This document shows positions 34,179 through 48,298 of a stretch of 64,000 nucleotides of DNA, piece by piece. Made by a program: the position numbers and the translations under genes. The notes beneath the pieces are model-generated. The model ran no database searches, was not told the origin of the DNA, and saw nothing but the letters and a program-made list of their open reading frames with translations. Origin of the DNA: Prasinococcaceae sp. CCMP 1430 (taxonomy: Eukaryota; Plantae; Prasinodermophyta); assembly GCA_013416795.1 (NCBI GenBank), contig RQSC01000019.1, forward strand, positions 191,993-255,992. Reading direction: 5' to 3'. The stretch's first letter is position 1, and each line of letters starts with the position of its first letter.

Positions 34179-35200
34179 TCACAGATCGTAGTGCTCGTAC
34201 AGGCCTAGGTCGAGGTCAGACGTGCCGTCTAAGTCCGGCTCGTACAGGTCCGAGAGGTTCGCGATGGACTGCGCCCCGTGCACGTCGCTGCCCACGCGCG
34301 CGCAGCGGTCGACGCAGCGCGACTCGCAGCGGTCGTAGCATCCGGGCGTGCTCGTCTCAATGTACTTCCCGCTCGCGTCGAAGTAGCCGCAGTCGTCTGC
34401 CGCATGCGGCGAGCGTGCGTGCGCGCGGCGCGGCACCCGCGCGTCAGCATGCGTGCAGCCGGTATTGGCGCTCCGCGGAGGCGGGCCAGGCGCGCGCGGG
34501 CGGACCTTCGCAGTCGACTTGGCAGTTGTCCTCGCAGAGCCCCTCTGCGCCCGCGTCGTCCGCGTAGGAGTCGTCCAGCAGCCCCGACAGGTGAACCTCG
34601 CGGGGCTCGACCTCGCCCGTGTCCACGTTGAACACGAACACGTGCACGACATCCACGCAGGTCTCCATGCACTCCTGTGCGCATTCGTCCGTGCAGTCGA
34701 GCAGGGCCTCGTCGGAGCTCGCGCCGCCCTCCTCGCACGTGGTCAGGCAATCGCCTGAGCACCTGAGTTCGCAGTTCGTGCAGTCCTCAGGCGGCACGAT
34801 AGTCTGCGAGCGCAAGTGGTTCGCGAAGCATCGATGAAAGCACAGCATCGCCGCATCATCCTCATCTGACGGCTCAGGCTCGGCGTAGTAGAAGTCCTCT
34901 GGCCACGGCATCCCACACTCGGCCGTGCACGCCTCAGTGCCCGCATCCATGCAGCTCTCCGCCGGCGTGGCGGGCACCCCCGCGTCGTGCTCGTCATGGC
35001 AGGCGTCCTCGCATCGCTGGAAGCACGCCGCCCCGTGCTCCAACGGGTACTCCCACTCCGAAGCACCCGCCTCGCCGGCCATGCACGCCGGCTCGCGGCA
35101 GCACTCGGCGATGCAGCGCACGCCACAGGCGCGCACGCAGCCCGCCTCGCGTTCGCAGAGCTGCGCACCGCCGCCGGCGGCGCCCCTCGCGCCGCGCGGC
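34179..35200 (-). CDS. Acidic cysteine-rich (CxxxC repeat) protein; intron 34397-34505; start not found
   Basis: Repeated CxxxCxxxC units; the GTCCGC...CTGAC...CAG intron joins two ORFs in frame. Confidence 0.6.
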
Positions 35201-35694
35201 GCTCCGCCGACGCGCCGCTCGCCGTGCGCCGTGTGCCGCGCCCCGCGCCCGCGCGCGTTGCGGCGGATCCACCTTCTGCTGATGGCACGATAACTAGCTC
35301 CTGTCCCGATCGAGAACCCTACCCAAAACACCAAAACCCAAACACGGACAATCTGTTTGTGGCTGGCGTGTGCGCACCCCGTGGCGCGCGCGCGTTCGGC
35401 GCGCCCTTATCGTCATTTATCGGCCTCGCGCGGGCGGGCGCGCGGGCGGGCGCTAGGCGCGCACTGCGGCGCCCCGTGGGGCCAGCCGCGCGGCTCCCGC
35501 ACGAGGGCACCCTCCACCTTCGTGCCTGCAACAAGCACGGCATCCCCCCCGCGCGCCACCGCGCGCGCATGACGTGCTGCTGTGGGAGCCAGAAAGTGGA
35601 ACTTAATGGCCACCCCTTCCTATCCGAGGGGAGAAAGGGCCAGGGGGGAGAGGTGAGGCCGCCGCGCCTGTGCCGCAACTCCGAAGGTCCGCGC

Positions 35695-36275
35695 TCACAG
35701 CGAGCCCGTGACCCACGCGCCCAACAGGATAATAGTGCCGCCCACCAGGAGCGACGTCAGGAAGGGGTTGCCGTCGCCGCCTTGCGTCCCCTGCTCGTCG
35801 TACAGGCCGCCCACCTCGCGCCGCAGCCGCTCCTGCAGGCAGCCACCCGCAGCAGCGCGTGCGGGGCAAGGGTACGCGCATATCGCGCGCGTCAGCGCAC
35901 GCCCGAGCGGCGACCTGGCGGGCAGGCTGGTGGCAGAGGGGGGGGGGAGGATGAGTTCGGGGCCACTGCCGCCGCCGCGCGCGCGCCTGCCTGCGGCCGC
36001 CTGGCGCACCTTCATGGCGTCAGAGACGTTGTCCTTCTGCCGCTCCATTTCGTTGTCGTTGACGTACAGCTCGTCGTCGTCGACGTACAGGTAATCGCCT
36101 CCCTCCTGCGCCTCCTGCGCCACCTCTTCCCCCTGCTCTGCCTCCGGCGCCTCGGTGGGCTTGGAGCTGCCCGCCAGCAGCGCGTCCAGCTTCGAGATGG
36201 TGTCCTCAGCGCCCCCCTCGCTGCCGCCCGCCGCGCGCAGCGGCGCCGCGACTGGCGCCGCCGCGTGCCCGCACT
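35695..36275 (-). CDS. Small acidic protein with C-terminal TM helix (possibly plastid); intron 35833-36009; start unresolved
   Basis: In-frame splice VSDAMK|ERLRRE; NPFLTSLLVGGTIILLG TM segment. Confidence 0.55.
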
Positions 36276-36369
36276 CTGCCGCGCGGCGGCGAAACGGGGC
36301 AAAAATTGGGACGGAGGGTGCTGCTCAGTGGCTCCGCCCGTGCCACACGCCGAGCATGGGCGGGCACGC

Positions 36370-37181
36370 ATGGTCGACGGTGCCGTAAGCGCCGCCGGCG
36401 CGGCCGCTCGCGCCGCTCGAGCGCTCGCGCTTGCGCGCTCGCGCAGCGTGCTCAACGCGGCGGAGGCGGCCCCGAGCGCGGAGCTCGAGCTCGCGCTGGA
36501 CTGCGTGCAGGCGCTCGTCGCCGACGAGGGGGTGCGCTGGGCCGCCGACCTGCAGCCCGCCGATGCCGACGAGCATTTCGGTGATATCCTACGCGATGCC
36601 GCGGACGTTCCGCACGATGAGGCGGCAGACTTTGCGAGCGAGCTGAGGCGCGCCTGCAGAGAGGTGTGTGCGCCGCCGCATGCGCCCCCTCTGCGTGCGC
36701 CCGCGGTGGCTTAGCTCTGGCGCGGGTGCACAGTGGTGAGCGGAGGCGTGCCTCGACAACGCGCAAGCAAGCGCGCTCTCGCTAACGTAGCACCCCATCC
36801 CCATGCGCGATGGATAAGGTCGCGCGCGAGCACGAGGCTGCTGAAGCAGAGCGAGACGCCCTCCCTGCGGGCAGCTGCGCGCTGTGCGAGCGCGTGATGC
36901 CGACCACCCGGCACCACCTACACCCGCGCGACGAGCACGCGCGGCTGCTCCGGCGTGGCGTGAAGACGCGCGCCCAGCTGAACGCGACCGTGCCTATGTG
37001 CCGCCCCTGCCACGACTGCGTGCACGAGCACATATCAAACGCCGACCTGGCTGACGTGTACAACAGTGTCGAGAAGCTGCTCGAGTGCGACAGCATCCAC
37101 CGCTTCGCGAGGTGGGCGTCCACGCAACGAGCGCGGAAGATGGCTGACGGCCACGACGTGAGTCTCAAGTACGCCAAGTGA
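36370..37181 (+). CDS. HNH-like zinc-binding nuclease-fold protein (YisB-like); intron 36664-36818
   Basis: CALCER...TRHHLHPR...MCRPCHDCVH...L...YNSVEKLL; in-frame splice with CTAAC branch point. Confidence 0.75.
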
Positions 37182-37485
37182 GCAACTGCTGAAAGGGTGA
37201 GGCAGCTGTGCGACGCGGCGAACTTAGAGAGGGAGGGGGATAGATCGCCTTGTGAAAATTATGTACGATACCTATCAGACTGCGCCGAGCGCGACCGGCC
37301 GGCATGCCGACCTATCAGCTCCCGCGCTGGCTTTCCCGCGCTGTCAGTAGCGTGCTTTCCAGCAGCGAGGCAGAGAGTGACGAAATGCCAGAGGGCTCAC
37401 AGTCATTACTCTGTCGCATTGCTGTCTCCTATAACCATCCATCTTGAAAAAATTGCGCACCGTGCGCGAGTTTTGCTAGCCGCGC

Positions 37486-40400
37486 TCACGCGCCCTGAGC
37501 CTTGAGGAACTCGAACTCGGGGAGCTCCCCGAGCGCCTGCGGTACGACCACGTCGTCGCTCTCTCCCTGCAGGTCGCCGAATTGCTTGCTGAGCTCTTCG
37601 ATGGTGAAGGGGATCTGATTGTCGTCGTCCAGCAGGAAGCTGTTGCTGTGCGTGCTCGCGTTTTCCTCCTGCATCTGCATCTTCATGTTGCCGAGCACCT
37701 CGGCCGACACGGTCTCCGTGTTGAAGCGGTCGTCCCAGTACATGGTGGAGATGCGGTACAGCTGCTGGATGGAGAGGGTTGGGCACAGGTCGTGTGTGAT
37801 CTCGTCCAGGCTCTTCTTGGGCTTCTGGTGGATGACCAGAAAGGTGACCGCCTGGCGGATGCTCTTGAGCTCGTCCCACACACCACCGCTGCCGTCGCTC
37901 GCGTCCCCCGCCTTGTGCACCCAGCTCTCCAGCTCGGCAAGGCCAGTCTTGACGTACTCGCCGTTGGAAAACGAGCAGCACTCTCGCCTGAGCAGCAGCG
38001 AGTTGAAGAGCTGCACGTTCATGAACGAGAAGACCTGCTTGAGCAGCCGATCCGTGAGGAAGGCCGGCACGTGGTTGGCCCGCAGCGTCTCCAGCAGCGT
38101 GTCGAGGTGACCCACGATGCCGCTCCACTGCGCGCCATCGGCCGCCCCAGACTTGGAAGCGCCGCGGCGGTCCGGCTTGGGCGCCTGGATGCACTGCTGC
38201 AGAAGCGGCGTCACGTCCTTCTTGACGTTGTCGCGCAGCAGGCCGTAGATCTTCTCCACGAAGGCGGTCATCTGCTGCTTGAAGAGCAGTGCGGGATACT
38301 TGGCCTCAACCACCATCTCGCCGCCGTCCTTGATGGGCGAGCCCGCGCCCGGCGCTGGTGGCGGGGCGGCCATCCCGCCCGGGCCGGTGAAGGAGTCCTT
38401 CCAGCGGCGCAGGAGGTTGATCGAGCGGGAGCGGCTCCGCGCGGCGCCGCCGCCGGCGCCGCTCGTGCGCAGCGTGCGCTGCAGCAGGTGCAGCAGCGTC
38501 GACGTGTTTGTGAGCCAGTACGCGAGCGTGCGGTTGTCGTCGGTGTGCTGGTCGACGGCCGAGCTGATCACCATGATCACACGGTCGAACACGTTGGTGC
38601 GATCCGCCTCGAAGCTGCGCCAGTGCATGAGAGACTTGAAGACCAACACCGCGGCGACGGGGCGGCCCTCGGCGCTAAAGCCGACGTCACCGCCCACGCA
38701 GCCGAGCAGCGCCTCCACGTCGGCGGCGCGCTCCATCGCGCCGAACGTGCTCGAGCGCCGCGCGCGCAGCGCAAGCGCCTCGCCGGCGTCCGCTGCAGCT
38801 CCGCCGAGCAAGGCGCGCCTGGCCCCGCCGCCGTCGGTCCCGCCACCACCGCCTCCGCCACCCGACAGCTGCGCCTTGGCCTTGAGCATGTAGTTCTCCT
38901 CGGCCAGCCCACGGTTGTGGGCCTCGAGCTCCTTGAGGCTATCGCCGATGGAGCGCACGCGCTCGTCCGCGTCGCGCTTGCCCGCCTCGGCATTCGCAGC
39001 GCGCTCGTCGGCCTCTTTGAGCTTGCCCTCCAGCATCTCCACTCGCGCCGCGAGGTTGTCGCGATCGGCCTGGAGCACGGCGATGCGACCGTTGGCCGCC
39101 TCGCGCTCGGCCTCGGCCGCGGCCAGCGCGGCGGCATCGTTTGCTTCGGCAAGCGCCTTCGCCTCCGCCTCCGCCTTGGCCCGTGCGACCGCGCGCTCCT
39201 GCTCCTCCTTCGCGCGCGCGAGCTGCTCCTCCATGACACGATTGGCTTGCTCGACCTCCCTGGTGCGCTCCGCGATCGCCTCCTCCTTCAGCTTGCGCTG
39301 GAGCTCTATTTGGAATTGCATCTGCTCGAGGCGCGCCTCGAGAGACTTCTTCGCCCCCTCCAGCGCGCCACGCTCACGCGCCTCCGCCTTGCGCTTCTTC
39401 AACTCGTCACGCGCCTTGCGCGCACGCAAGGCGCACTGCAGTGTGATGGTCGCCTGCCGCTTGCGCTGGTACGACGCGCGCGTGGTCGACCCGCGCCAGC
39501 GCGACTGGATGCGCAGCGCAGCCAGGTCCCTGCGCTGCGCGCGCGCAGCCTTGCGCGCCATGTGGCCGCGATAGTTCGCCTGCACGCGGATGGCCGCGTC
39601 CCTGTGGACGCGCAGGTTGCGCATGGCCAGCCAGCGGCGCCAGCACGTCTGGACGTACAGGGCCGCCTTGATTGCGCGGAGGTGCGCCGCCCTCCGGCGG
39701 GCGAGCATGCCGCGCGTGTACTTCTGCATGACGAGGTTGGCCTCCTTCACCTCGTGGTAGCTCTTCTGGGCGATCTGTCGGCGCACGTTCTTCTGGATGG
39801 CCGTGGCCGCCTTGTGCATCATCTCTGACCGCAGCTTGTCCAGCACGGCCATCTGGCCCGCGCGGAGGAAGACCTTGCTCTTCCCCAGCTGGTAGCCCTC
39901 GATGTCGGTGATGCGCTCCTCGAGGTCGGCGAGGACCGCCGCTGCCGCCTTGCGGTCGTCCGACCCGGCGGCATCGGCCTTCTCCCGCGCGAGCATCTTG
40001 AAGCGCGCGACGAACTCGTGGAAGTATCGGCGCGATGGGTAGCCCGCGCAGCTGATGCGCACGGCCTCGAGCACTCCACCGCACCGCAGCTGGTGCAGCA
40101 CGTTGGCAGGCTCGAAGTCTGCGGGCCTCTGCGCCATGTTGGGCTTGATGCAGCGCACGTAGTGGGGCTCGGTCGCGTGCAGCGTCTCCATGAGCGCGAC
40201 GAGGCTCCTCTTGAAGTTGGTGGCCACGGAGCTGAACTTGAATCCGCCCCTCTTGCCGCCGCGCCCGCCGGCCTTGCCCGGCTTGTGATCTGGCTCGGGC
40301 TCCGGCTTGGGGAAGAGCTCACGCACGTGGTCCGCGCTCGAGGCCTCAAGCATGGCCTGGTGCTCAGGCACCAGGTAGTCCTTGTTCTTCTCCAGGAAGT

Positions 40401-42346
40401 AGTCAGTGGAGTACGTCACGTCGCCGGCGTAGTGCCGGATGGTGAACTGCAAGTTTGAGCGCTTGGGCTTGCTGAAGCGATCGGTGGGGTCGTTGGCGCC
40501 CTTGTCCTTGCCGGTGAACCTGCTGTAGAGCGACTCGGCGAGCGTGGACGCGTCTGCCTTAGGGAAGACGCACTGCTCGTCGAGGATGGCCACGATGCCC
40601 AGCCGCTTCTCGATGAGGTCGAGCACGTCCTGGTTGTCGACGAAGTCAATGTACGACCAGTCGATCTCCTCCTTCTCGTACTCCTCCTGCTCCTTCTTGA
40701 AGACGTGGCCGTTGAAGTGCTGCTGCAGCTTCTCATTTGCGAGGTTGATGCAGAACTGCTCGAACGAGTTGGTCTCGAAGGACTCAAAGCCGTAAATATC
40801 CAGAACGCCGATGAAGCACTGGGCGGATGCGTCCTGTCCGATGGTCGTGTTGATGCGCGCCACGAGCCAGTCGAAGGTGCGCTGGTAGAGGAACTTGGCC
40901 AGCGCGTCCTTGCTCGCCGTCGCTGCGTCAGGAGCCATGGGCTTGATGATCTCCTCGCCCACGGTGACCACCTTGCGCGTCGTCACGGCGCGCACCAGCG
41001 AGTCGACGTCCGTTCCGAGGAGTCGCGCGGCCGCCTCGGCGGCGGCGGCCGCCTCCGGCGCGAGCACCGAGCCATCCTCGGTACCGTCCGCCTCGACGAA
41101 CGCGACGCTCCCGAGGTGGAGCACGGTGGCGACCATGGCGAAGACGTCCTCCTGCTGCTCCGGCGTGATCCCCACGATCTCCATGGCGCGACGCGTGTGT
41201 TCGAACTCCGCGGCGTTGGGCATGTCGTCGATGTCGGTGCAGGTCGAGTTGCGCAGGTAGCCGTAGTCGAAGGAGCCGGCCGGCAGCGCATACCTCTCCC
41301 TCTGCTCGTCGGTCGCGCCCGCGCACAGCTGGTAGAAGATGTGGTACGAGCGCTCCGGATCGTGGATGCCAATGACGCGCGAGCGCTCGAGCAGGTACGT
41401 GCGGATCGCCGCGCCCGAGATGGCGCCCCCGGCGTTGAATTGAATCTCCATGAATTTGCCGAAGCGGCTCGAGTTGTTGTTGCGCACGGTCTTGGCGTTG
41501 CCGAAGGCCTCCAGCAGCGGGTTGGACTCGAGGATCTTCACCTCGACCGACCGCTCGCCGCCGTCGGTCGCGCCCGCCTTTTCAGAGTGGCCGCCCATGT
41601 ACGCCAGGTACTTCATGATGAGCTTCGCGGTCTCCGTCTTGCCCGCTCCCGACTCGCCCGAAATGAGGATGGACTGCGAGGCGGGGCGGTCGTCGTCGCG
41701 CATGAAGCGGTACGCCTCGTCAGCGATGGCGAACACGTGCGGGCTGAGCTCGCCGAGCTCGGCGCCCCGGTATTCGTCCATCATCATCTCGCTGTACAGG
41801 TGCGGCAGCCGCTGGAAGGGGTTCACGGCGATGAGGATGCTGCCCGTGTACGTGTAAATCTCGTCGAGTGCGTAGCGCTGCTTCAGGTTGTGCAGCACGC
41901 CGGGCTCGTGCAGGTAGCTGAGCTTCACCATGTCCTCCACGGTCGCGTTGCCGAGATTCTGCAGCGGCGCATCCGCCGCGGGCAGGGTGACCTGCGGGTG
42001 CGCGCGCGGCCGGCAGCGGTCAGCGCCGCGCGCCGCGGACGCTCCCCCCCCCTCCCATCCCCTCCACCCCCACGCCCCAGGCGGAAGTCTCGCGCCTCCC
42101 CCCAGGCGCGCGCCCGCGTGCGCGCGCATCATCTCCACCGCCGCGACGGCCCGCGCGCGACCGCACCTCTTTGCCTCCGTCGAGCTTGACTGTGACCGCG
42201 CCCGCCGCATCATCGACGGTGAGCACCTCGCCGGGCACCCACGCCGCGTCGCTGTCCTTGTCCTCTATCCACACCTTGGATCCCACGGAGTGCGCCGTCA
42301 CCGTGTCCTTGGCCATCTCTGCGGAGTCCTCTCCGCCGTCCGCCAT
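37486..42346 (-). CDS. Class XI myosin (SH3-like, motor, IQ, coiled coil, DIL); intron 41992-42166
   Basis: GESGAGKT, NNNSSRFGK, LDIYGFE, IQ repeats and DIL domain FNSLLLRRECCSFSNGEYVKTGL. Confidence 0.96.
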
Positions 42347-44498
42347 GCCGGCCGCGGGACGGCCGCGGCCGGCGCTCCGCGGGACGGCCGCCCGGCTCAT
42401 GGCGCTCTCTCGCGCGCATGGCCGCCACGCCTCGCCGCGCGGGCCATTTCGCGCACGCCGAGTCCGCGAATTCGCCCGCGCGTTTTTTGCGCGCGCGGCC
42501 CGCCGCGGTTTCCGCTCGCTGGCCCCCCTCCCCGCGGAAGCGCCGGTCGGCGCCCGCCTCCGCGCGCGAGGCCGGAAAAAAAAAAGGACCGCAGCCGGCG
42601 CGATCCCCCATCGTTTCCTCGGTGTCTCCCGCCCTTCAGGCGCGGCGCGCGAGGGGGGTTGACAGGCGAGTGGCGGGGATTTGATGGGGGCTGTTCGTCG
42701 ACAGACCGATCGATCGATTGATTGATGCAACGGGCGGCAGCGAACGAGCGCCAACCAAAAAACACCGTCGCAAAAAATGTCAAAAAAAAAGTGTGTCGTA
42801 CAGTGTACAGTGTAACCTAAACATATTTCGGGTATTTTATGCGGAGGGTGTTCGTATGATAATGTGATTACATGTAATCATGGACCCTGATGGTTCCACG
42901 CCGCCGTTGGCCCGAAATCGCGGGCCGGCGCGCGCGCACCCGCGCGCGCCCCGCGGGGCCGCGGCGGCCCGCGTTCGAATTTCAATGGCCGGCGGATGGA
43001 AAATCGACGACGCGCGCGCCCGCGCGCGCGCGAAAACGCGGAACGGGATTCGGATCCATAACCGGTCGATCGGTCGATCGCGCGCGCGCCAACCAAAAAC
43101 GCGCACCGGCCGGCAGCAGCACCACAAAAAAAAAACGCATCCAATGATGGATGTGGAATTGATTGATGAGAAAGAATTAAAAAAAAAAACTCAAAAAAAA
43201 GGGAGAGCTGCTGCTGCTGCTGTTGCCCTGTCTGTTACTACGCGCGTCTGCCGAGCAACAGCCATCCCATCCATCCCTCCATCCCAAATGCAATTTGATT
43301 GCCCAACCATCGGCCGGAGCAAAACGCCCGCACGCGCGCGTTCGGCCCCACCCCCGCGTCGTGCGCCAAGGGCGGAGGACACCGGCGAAATGATGGGGGA
43401 AAATGCCGCCGGCCGGCTGGCTGGATCGATCGAGCGGGCTTTTTTGTTGAGGGAATGCGGGGCTGTTCGCTCGATCGATCGATCGACCGGCCGGCACCGG
43501 GGTCCGCAGACTGCAGGATCGGTGGGGTGTTTCAGGTCACGTCACTGCTGTTGCACCTTACGACGATTTTGGGTCATTTTGTAGGGTTTAGGAAGTGTGA
43601 GGAGGCCGGAGGTGCGTTGCGCGTTGCGGTTGCGTCCATCAGAGCGCAGTGCGTTTTTCGGATGCGTTTTGATGGGTTCCCCGCCGCGCGCGAGCGCACG
43701 CGCGGGGCGAGGGCGAGGGCGCGCGGCGACGCGGCGCCGGGGGTGNNNNNNNNNNNNNNNNNNNNNNNNNNNNNNNNNNNNNNNNNNNNNNNNNNNNNNN
43801 NNNNNNNNNNNNNNNNNNNNNNNNNNNNNNNNNNNNNNNNNNNNNNNNNNNNNNNNNNNNNNNNNNNNNNNNNNNNNNNNNNNNNNNNNNNNNNNNNNNN
43901 NNNNNNNNNNNNNNNNNNNNNNNNNNNNNNNNNNNNNNNNNNNNNNNNNNNNNNNNNNNNNNNNNNNNNNNNNNNNNNNNNNNNNNNNNNNNNNNNNNNN
44001 NNNNNNNNNNNNNNNNNNNNNNNNNNNNNNNNNNNNNNNNNNNNNNNNNNNNNNNNNNNNNNNNNNNNNNNNNNNNNNNNNNNNNNNNNNNNNNNNNNNN
44101 NNNNNNNNNNNNNNNNNNNNNNNNNNNNNNNNNNNNNNNNNNNNNNNNNNNNNNNNNNNNNNNNNNNNNNNNNNNNNNNNNNNNNNNNNNNNNNNNNNNN
44201 NNNNNNNNNNNNNNNNNNNNNNNNNNNNNNNNNNNNNNNNNNNNNNNNNNNNNNNNNNNNNNNNNNNNNNNNNNNNNNNNNNNNNNNNNNNNNNNNNNNN
44301 NNNNNNNNNNNNNNNNNNNNNNNNNNNNNNNNNNNNNNNNNNNNNNNNNNNNNNNNNNNNNNNNNNNNNNNNNNNNNNNNNNNNNNNNNNNNNNNNNNNN
44401 NNNNNNNNNNNNNNNNNNNNNNNNNNNNNNNNNNNNNNNNNNNNNNNNNNNNNNNNNNNNNNGACCGCTTCCCTGCGGCTGCGCCAGATCCCGCCGCG

Positions 44499-46484
44499 AT
44501 GGCGCCGGCTCCCGCCGCGCCGCGCGCTCGCGCGCCCAGAAAGGGGGCCGCGCCGTTGCCCGGCGGGGTCAAGAGGGGGCGCGGCAGACCGCGCAAGTAC
44601 AACACCAAGGAGGAGGCCGCTGCCGCAGCCAGGGCGCAGCGCGCTGCCAAGAAAGCGAGGCTCGCGAAGGAGCGCGAGGAGGCGGAGAGGAAGGCGATCA
44701 CGCAAGGCGGGGACGGCGTCCATGACATGGAGGCCGCCGCGAGAGCCGGCCTGGCCGGCGGCGGGGCGGGCGTCGCGGCAAACGGCGGCCCCGCCGCCAA
44801 GGACTTCGAACACGACTCGCTGAAGATGTCCAAGGCGGCCATCATCTTCGTCCGCGATCTGCGCGCGTTCCACGAGGCCTTCGACGGCAAGCCCTTCCGA
44901 TGGCCGACGATGGGCCGCAAGGACATCGACCTGCGTCTGCTGCTGGTGCTGGTGTACAAGATGGGGGGGCCGGACCGCTGCTCGAGGAAGAAGAAGTGGC
45001 GGAAGATCGGGCGGTCATTGAACCTCACCCTGAGCACGAGCTCGTCCACCGCACTCAGGATCATTTACCTGCAAATGTTGGAGCCGTTCCTCGCCCATCT
45101 GCTCATCTCGGGCAACAAAAAGTGGGCTGCGGCGCTCGGCCTGCCGGCCAGCCTCATGGAGGACGATGAAGGGGGCGACGTGAACGCCCGGCACGCCCAG
45201 GACGTGAGCGACGATGGCTTCGCGCTCATTCCAAGCGAGCCGCTGGCGCCGGCGCAGCAGCGAGAGGAGCACCGGCGTGACAGAGAAGTGGCGAATGGCA
45301 CGGGGCGAGCGCCATCGGACGGCGGCGGCGGCGGCAGCGGCGGCGACGACGACGACGACGTGGAGGCGCGCGCGCTGGGGCGCGCGCGCGCCGCGCGCTC
45401 GGGCGCGGCCGCGCGGCGGGGCAGCCCGGACTTGGCGAGCGACTTGGTCGCCGACGAGGAGGAACGAGACGCCGACAGCGACTGCGAGATATTCGAGCCC
45501 ACTGGCGACAGCGTTGGCGATGCACTGAGGTGGCTGAAACTCGTCGCCGCAGGGGGGTCAATGGCAGCGGGCGGCGCGGCACAGCACGCATGCAAGGACA
45601 CGCTGCTGCGCATTCGCGTGGCGAGGTCGGTGGTGCGCGCGAGCTCGCGCAGCCGGCGAACGACGTCCGCCTGGAGGGAGGCAAAGCAGACCTTGGCGAT
45701 GCTCAACTCGCAGAACTTCGTGTGGCCGCGCCTCGGCCCAGAGTTCCAGGCGCTGCACCTGCCCGTGGCGGCCGAGCGTCCAGCAGTCGCCATCGCCCCT
45801 TCCGAGGATGCCATGTGGTTCGGGACGCGCCTGGGCGCCGAGGCGCCAAAGCCTCAGCACGGTGCGGGCGCTGCCGGCGCCTCGACGACGCGCGCGCGCG
45901 CCGAATCAGGGGAGCGCCAGCAGAGCGCGGGCGGCATCGCGCTCTGGGCGCCGCCAGCAATGGCGCTGGCCGTCAGGAAAGAGCAGGGCGGCGTGGACGG
46001 CCGGGGAGGCAGGTCCGCCGCTGACGTGGGCGGGCCTCCCTCGGGCGCACCCAGCGGGGCAGACGTCCAGCAGATGCCACAGCTTGAGCAACGCAAGCGG
46101 GCGTGCGAGGCCGCGAGAGCAGCCTTGCACGAGGAGCTCGGCCCGGCGGCGGCGGCCATGTGCGCCGGGCCGGACCCGGACGTGACGCTCTCGGCGGACG
46201 AGGCCGAGGCGTTCGACACGGCGCTGAGAGAACGCGGCAAGTCCTTCCATACCTTCGACGACGTGCTGCCCGAGCGCGCCATCTCGGAGGTGATCGCGCA
46301 CTACTTCAACGTCTACAAAATCGACGCGTGCGTGGCCAAACGCAACAAGAAGGCCGCTGAGAAGGCCGCGGGCAAGCAGACGGCGCCCCCCGAGCTCTCG
46401 GCGTCGCAGCAGAAGCCCTACGCGCTCGAACTGGGCTCGCCCAAGCGCCTGCTCGTGGCCGTGCGCCCGACCCCGCCTGCGTGA
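44499..46484 (+). CDS. AT-hook + ARID + ELM2/SANT chromatin regulator
   Basis: KRGRGRPRK; IDLRLLLVLVYKMGG...KKKWRKIG...LRIIY..MLEPF; PRLGPEFQA; EAEAFDTAL...GKSF...SEVIAHYFNV. Confidence 0.8.
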   Translation: MAPAPAAPRARAPRKGAAPLPGGVKRGRGRPRKYNTKEEAAAAARAQRAAKKARLAKEREEAERKAITQGGDGVHDMEAAARAGLAGGGAGVAANGGPAAKDFEHDSLKMSKAAIIFVRDLRAFHEAFDGKPFRWPTMGRKDIDLRLLLVLVYKMGGPDRCSRKKKWRKIGRSLNLTLSTSSSTALRIIYLQMLEPFLAHLLISGNKKWAAALGLPASLMEDDEGGDVNARHAQDVSDDGFALIPSEPLAPAQQREEHRRDREVANGTGRAPSDGGGGGSGGDDDDDVEARALGRARAARSGAAARRGSPDLASDLVADEEERDADSDCEIFEPTGDSVGDALRWLKLVAAGGSMAAGGAAQHACKDTLLRIRVARSVVRASSRSRRTTSAWREAKQTLAMLNSQNFVWPRLGPEFQALHLPVAAERPAVAIAPSEDAMWFGTRLGAEAPKPQHGAGAAGASTTRARAESGERQQSAGGIALWAPPAMALAVRKEQGGVDGRGGRSAADVGGPPSGAPSGADVQQMPQLEQRKRACEAARAALHEELGPAAAAMCAGPDPDVTLSADEAEAFDTALRERGKSFHTFDDVLPERAISEVIAHYFNVYKIDACVAKRNKKAAEKAAGKQTAPPELSASQQKPYALELGSPKRLLVAVRPTPPA

Positions 46485-47173
46485 CGGGGGCGGTGGCCAC
46501 GCCACCCGACGCGCGCACCGCGCGCGCGCGCGCGCGGGTGCACACGAAGACGCACGCACTCCCTCTACTCGCAGAAATACGTACACTGCGTCGGCAACAA
46601 TTCCACTGAAAACAAGACACAGAACGCCCACGCATGGCCTGCACATGCATAAGTGCACGCTCAATTCATGACCCCGCCCATTCATCTGGCTGCGCCCACA
46701 GGCCACTCGCCGCGCGAGCGAGAGCGGCGCGCCCCCGTGTGTGGCAGGCGCTGAGTGGGGCGCCGCATAGGCGCGCCGCTGCGCCGCTCGGCCCACTGGC
46801 AGAGCGCGCGCGCCCCGGGCACGACACATGCGGCGCACTCGGGTGGCGGCACGCGCGCGCGAAGCGCGCCTGCATCGTACGAATCCGCATCGCCAGAATT
46901 TTACAAACAGCCTGCAACTCGCGCCTCCCTCCAGCCACCCGCCACCCCCGCCTGAGGGCGGGCGGGGCGACGGGGCTGGAGGGGCCGAGGGCAGGCAGCC
47001 AACAAAAATAGGGCATGCAGCGCACCGCGAAAGGAGTCGCCCCGCCCCGCCCCGCCTCGCTCACCCCGGAGGCGGCGGGGACCCAGCATCGTGCCCGCGC
47101 CTCGGCGCACGTTGCCGTCCGCCGCACTCTCCGCCCGCCGCGCCCGCCGCCCGCCGCCCGCCTGGGCGGCCGC

Positions 47174-48298
<1,125 letters not shown>

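Noticed and set aside
43299-44498. ORFs running through N gaps (also near 2238, 9935 and 28000-29500)
   Set aside because: Artefacts of translating Ns; no support for continuity.
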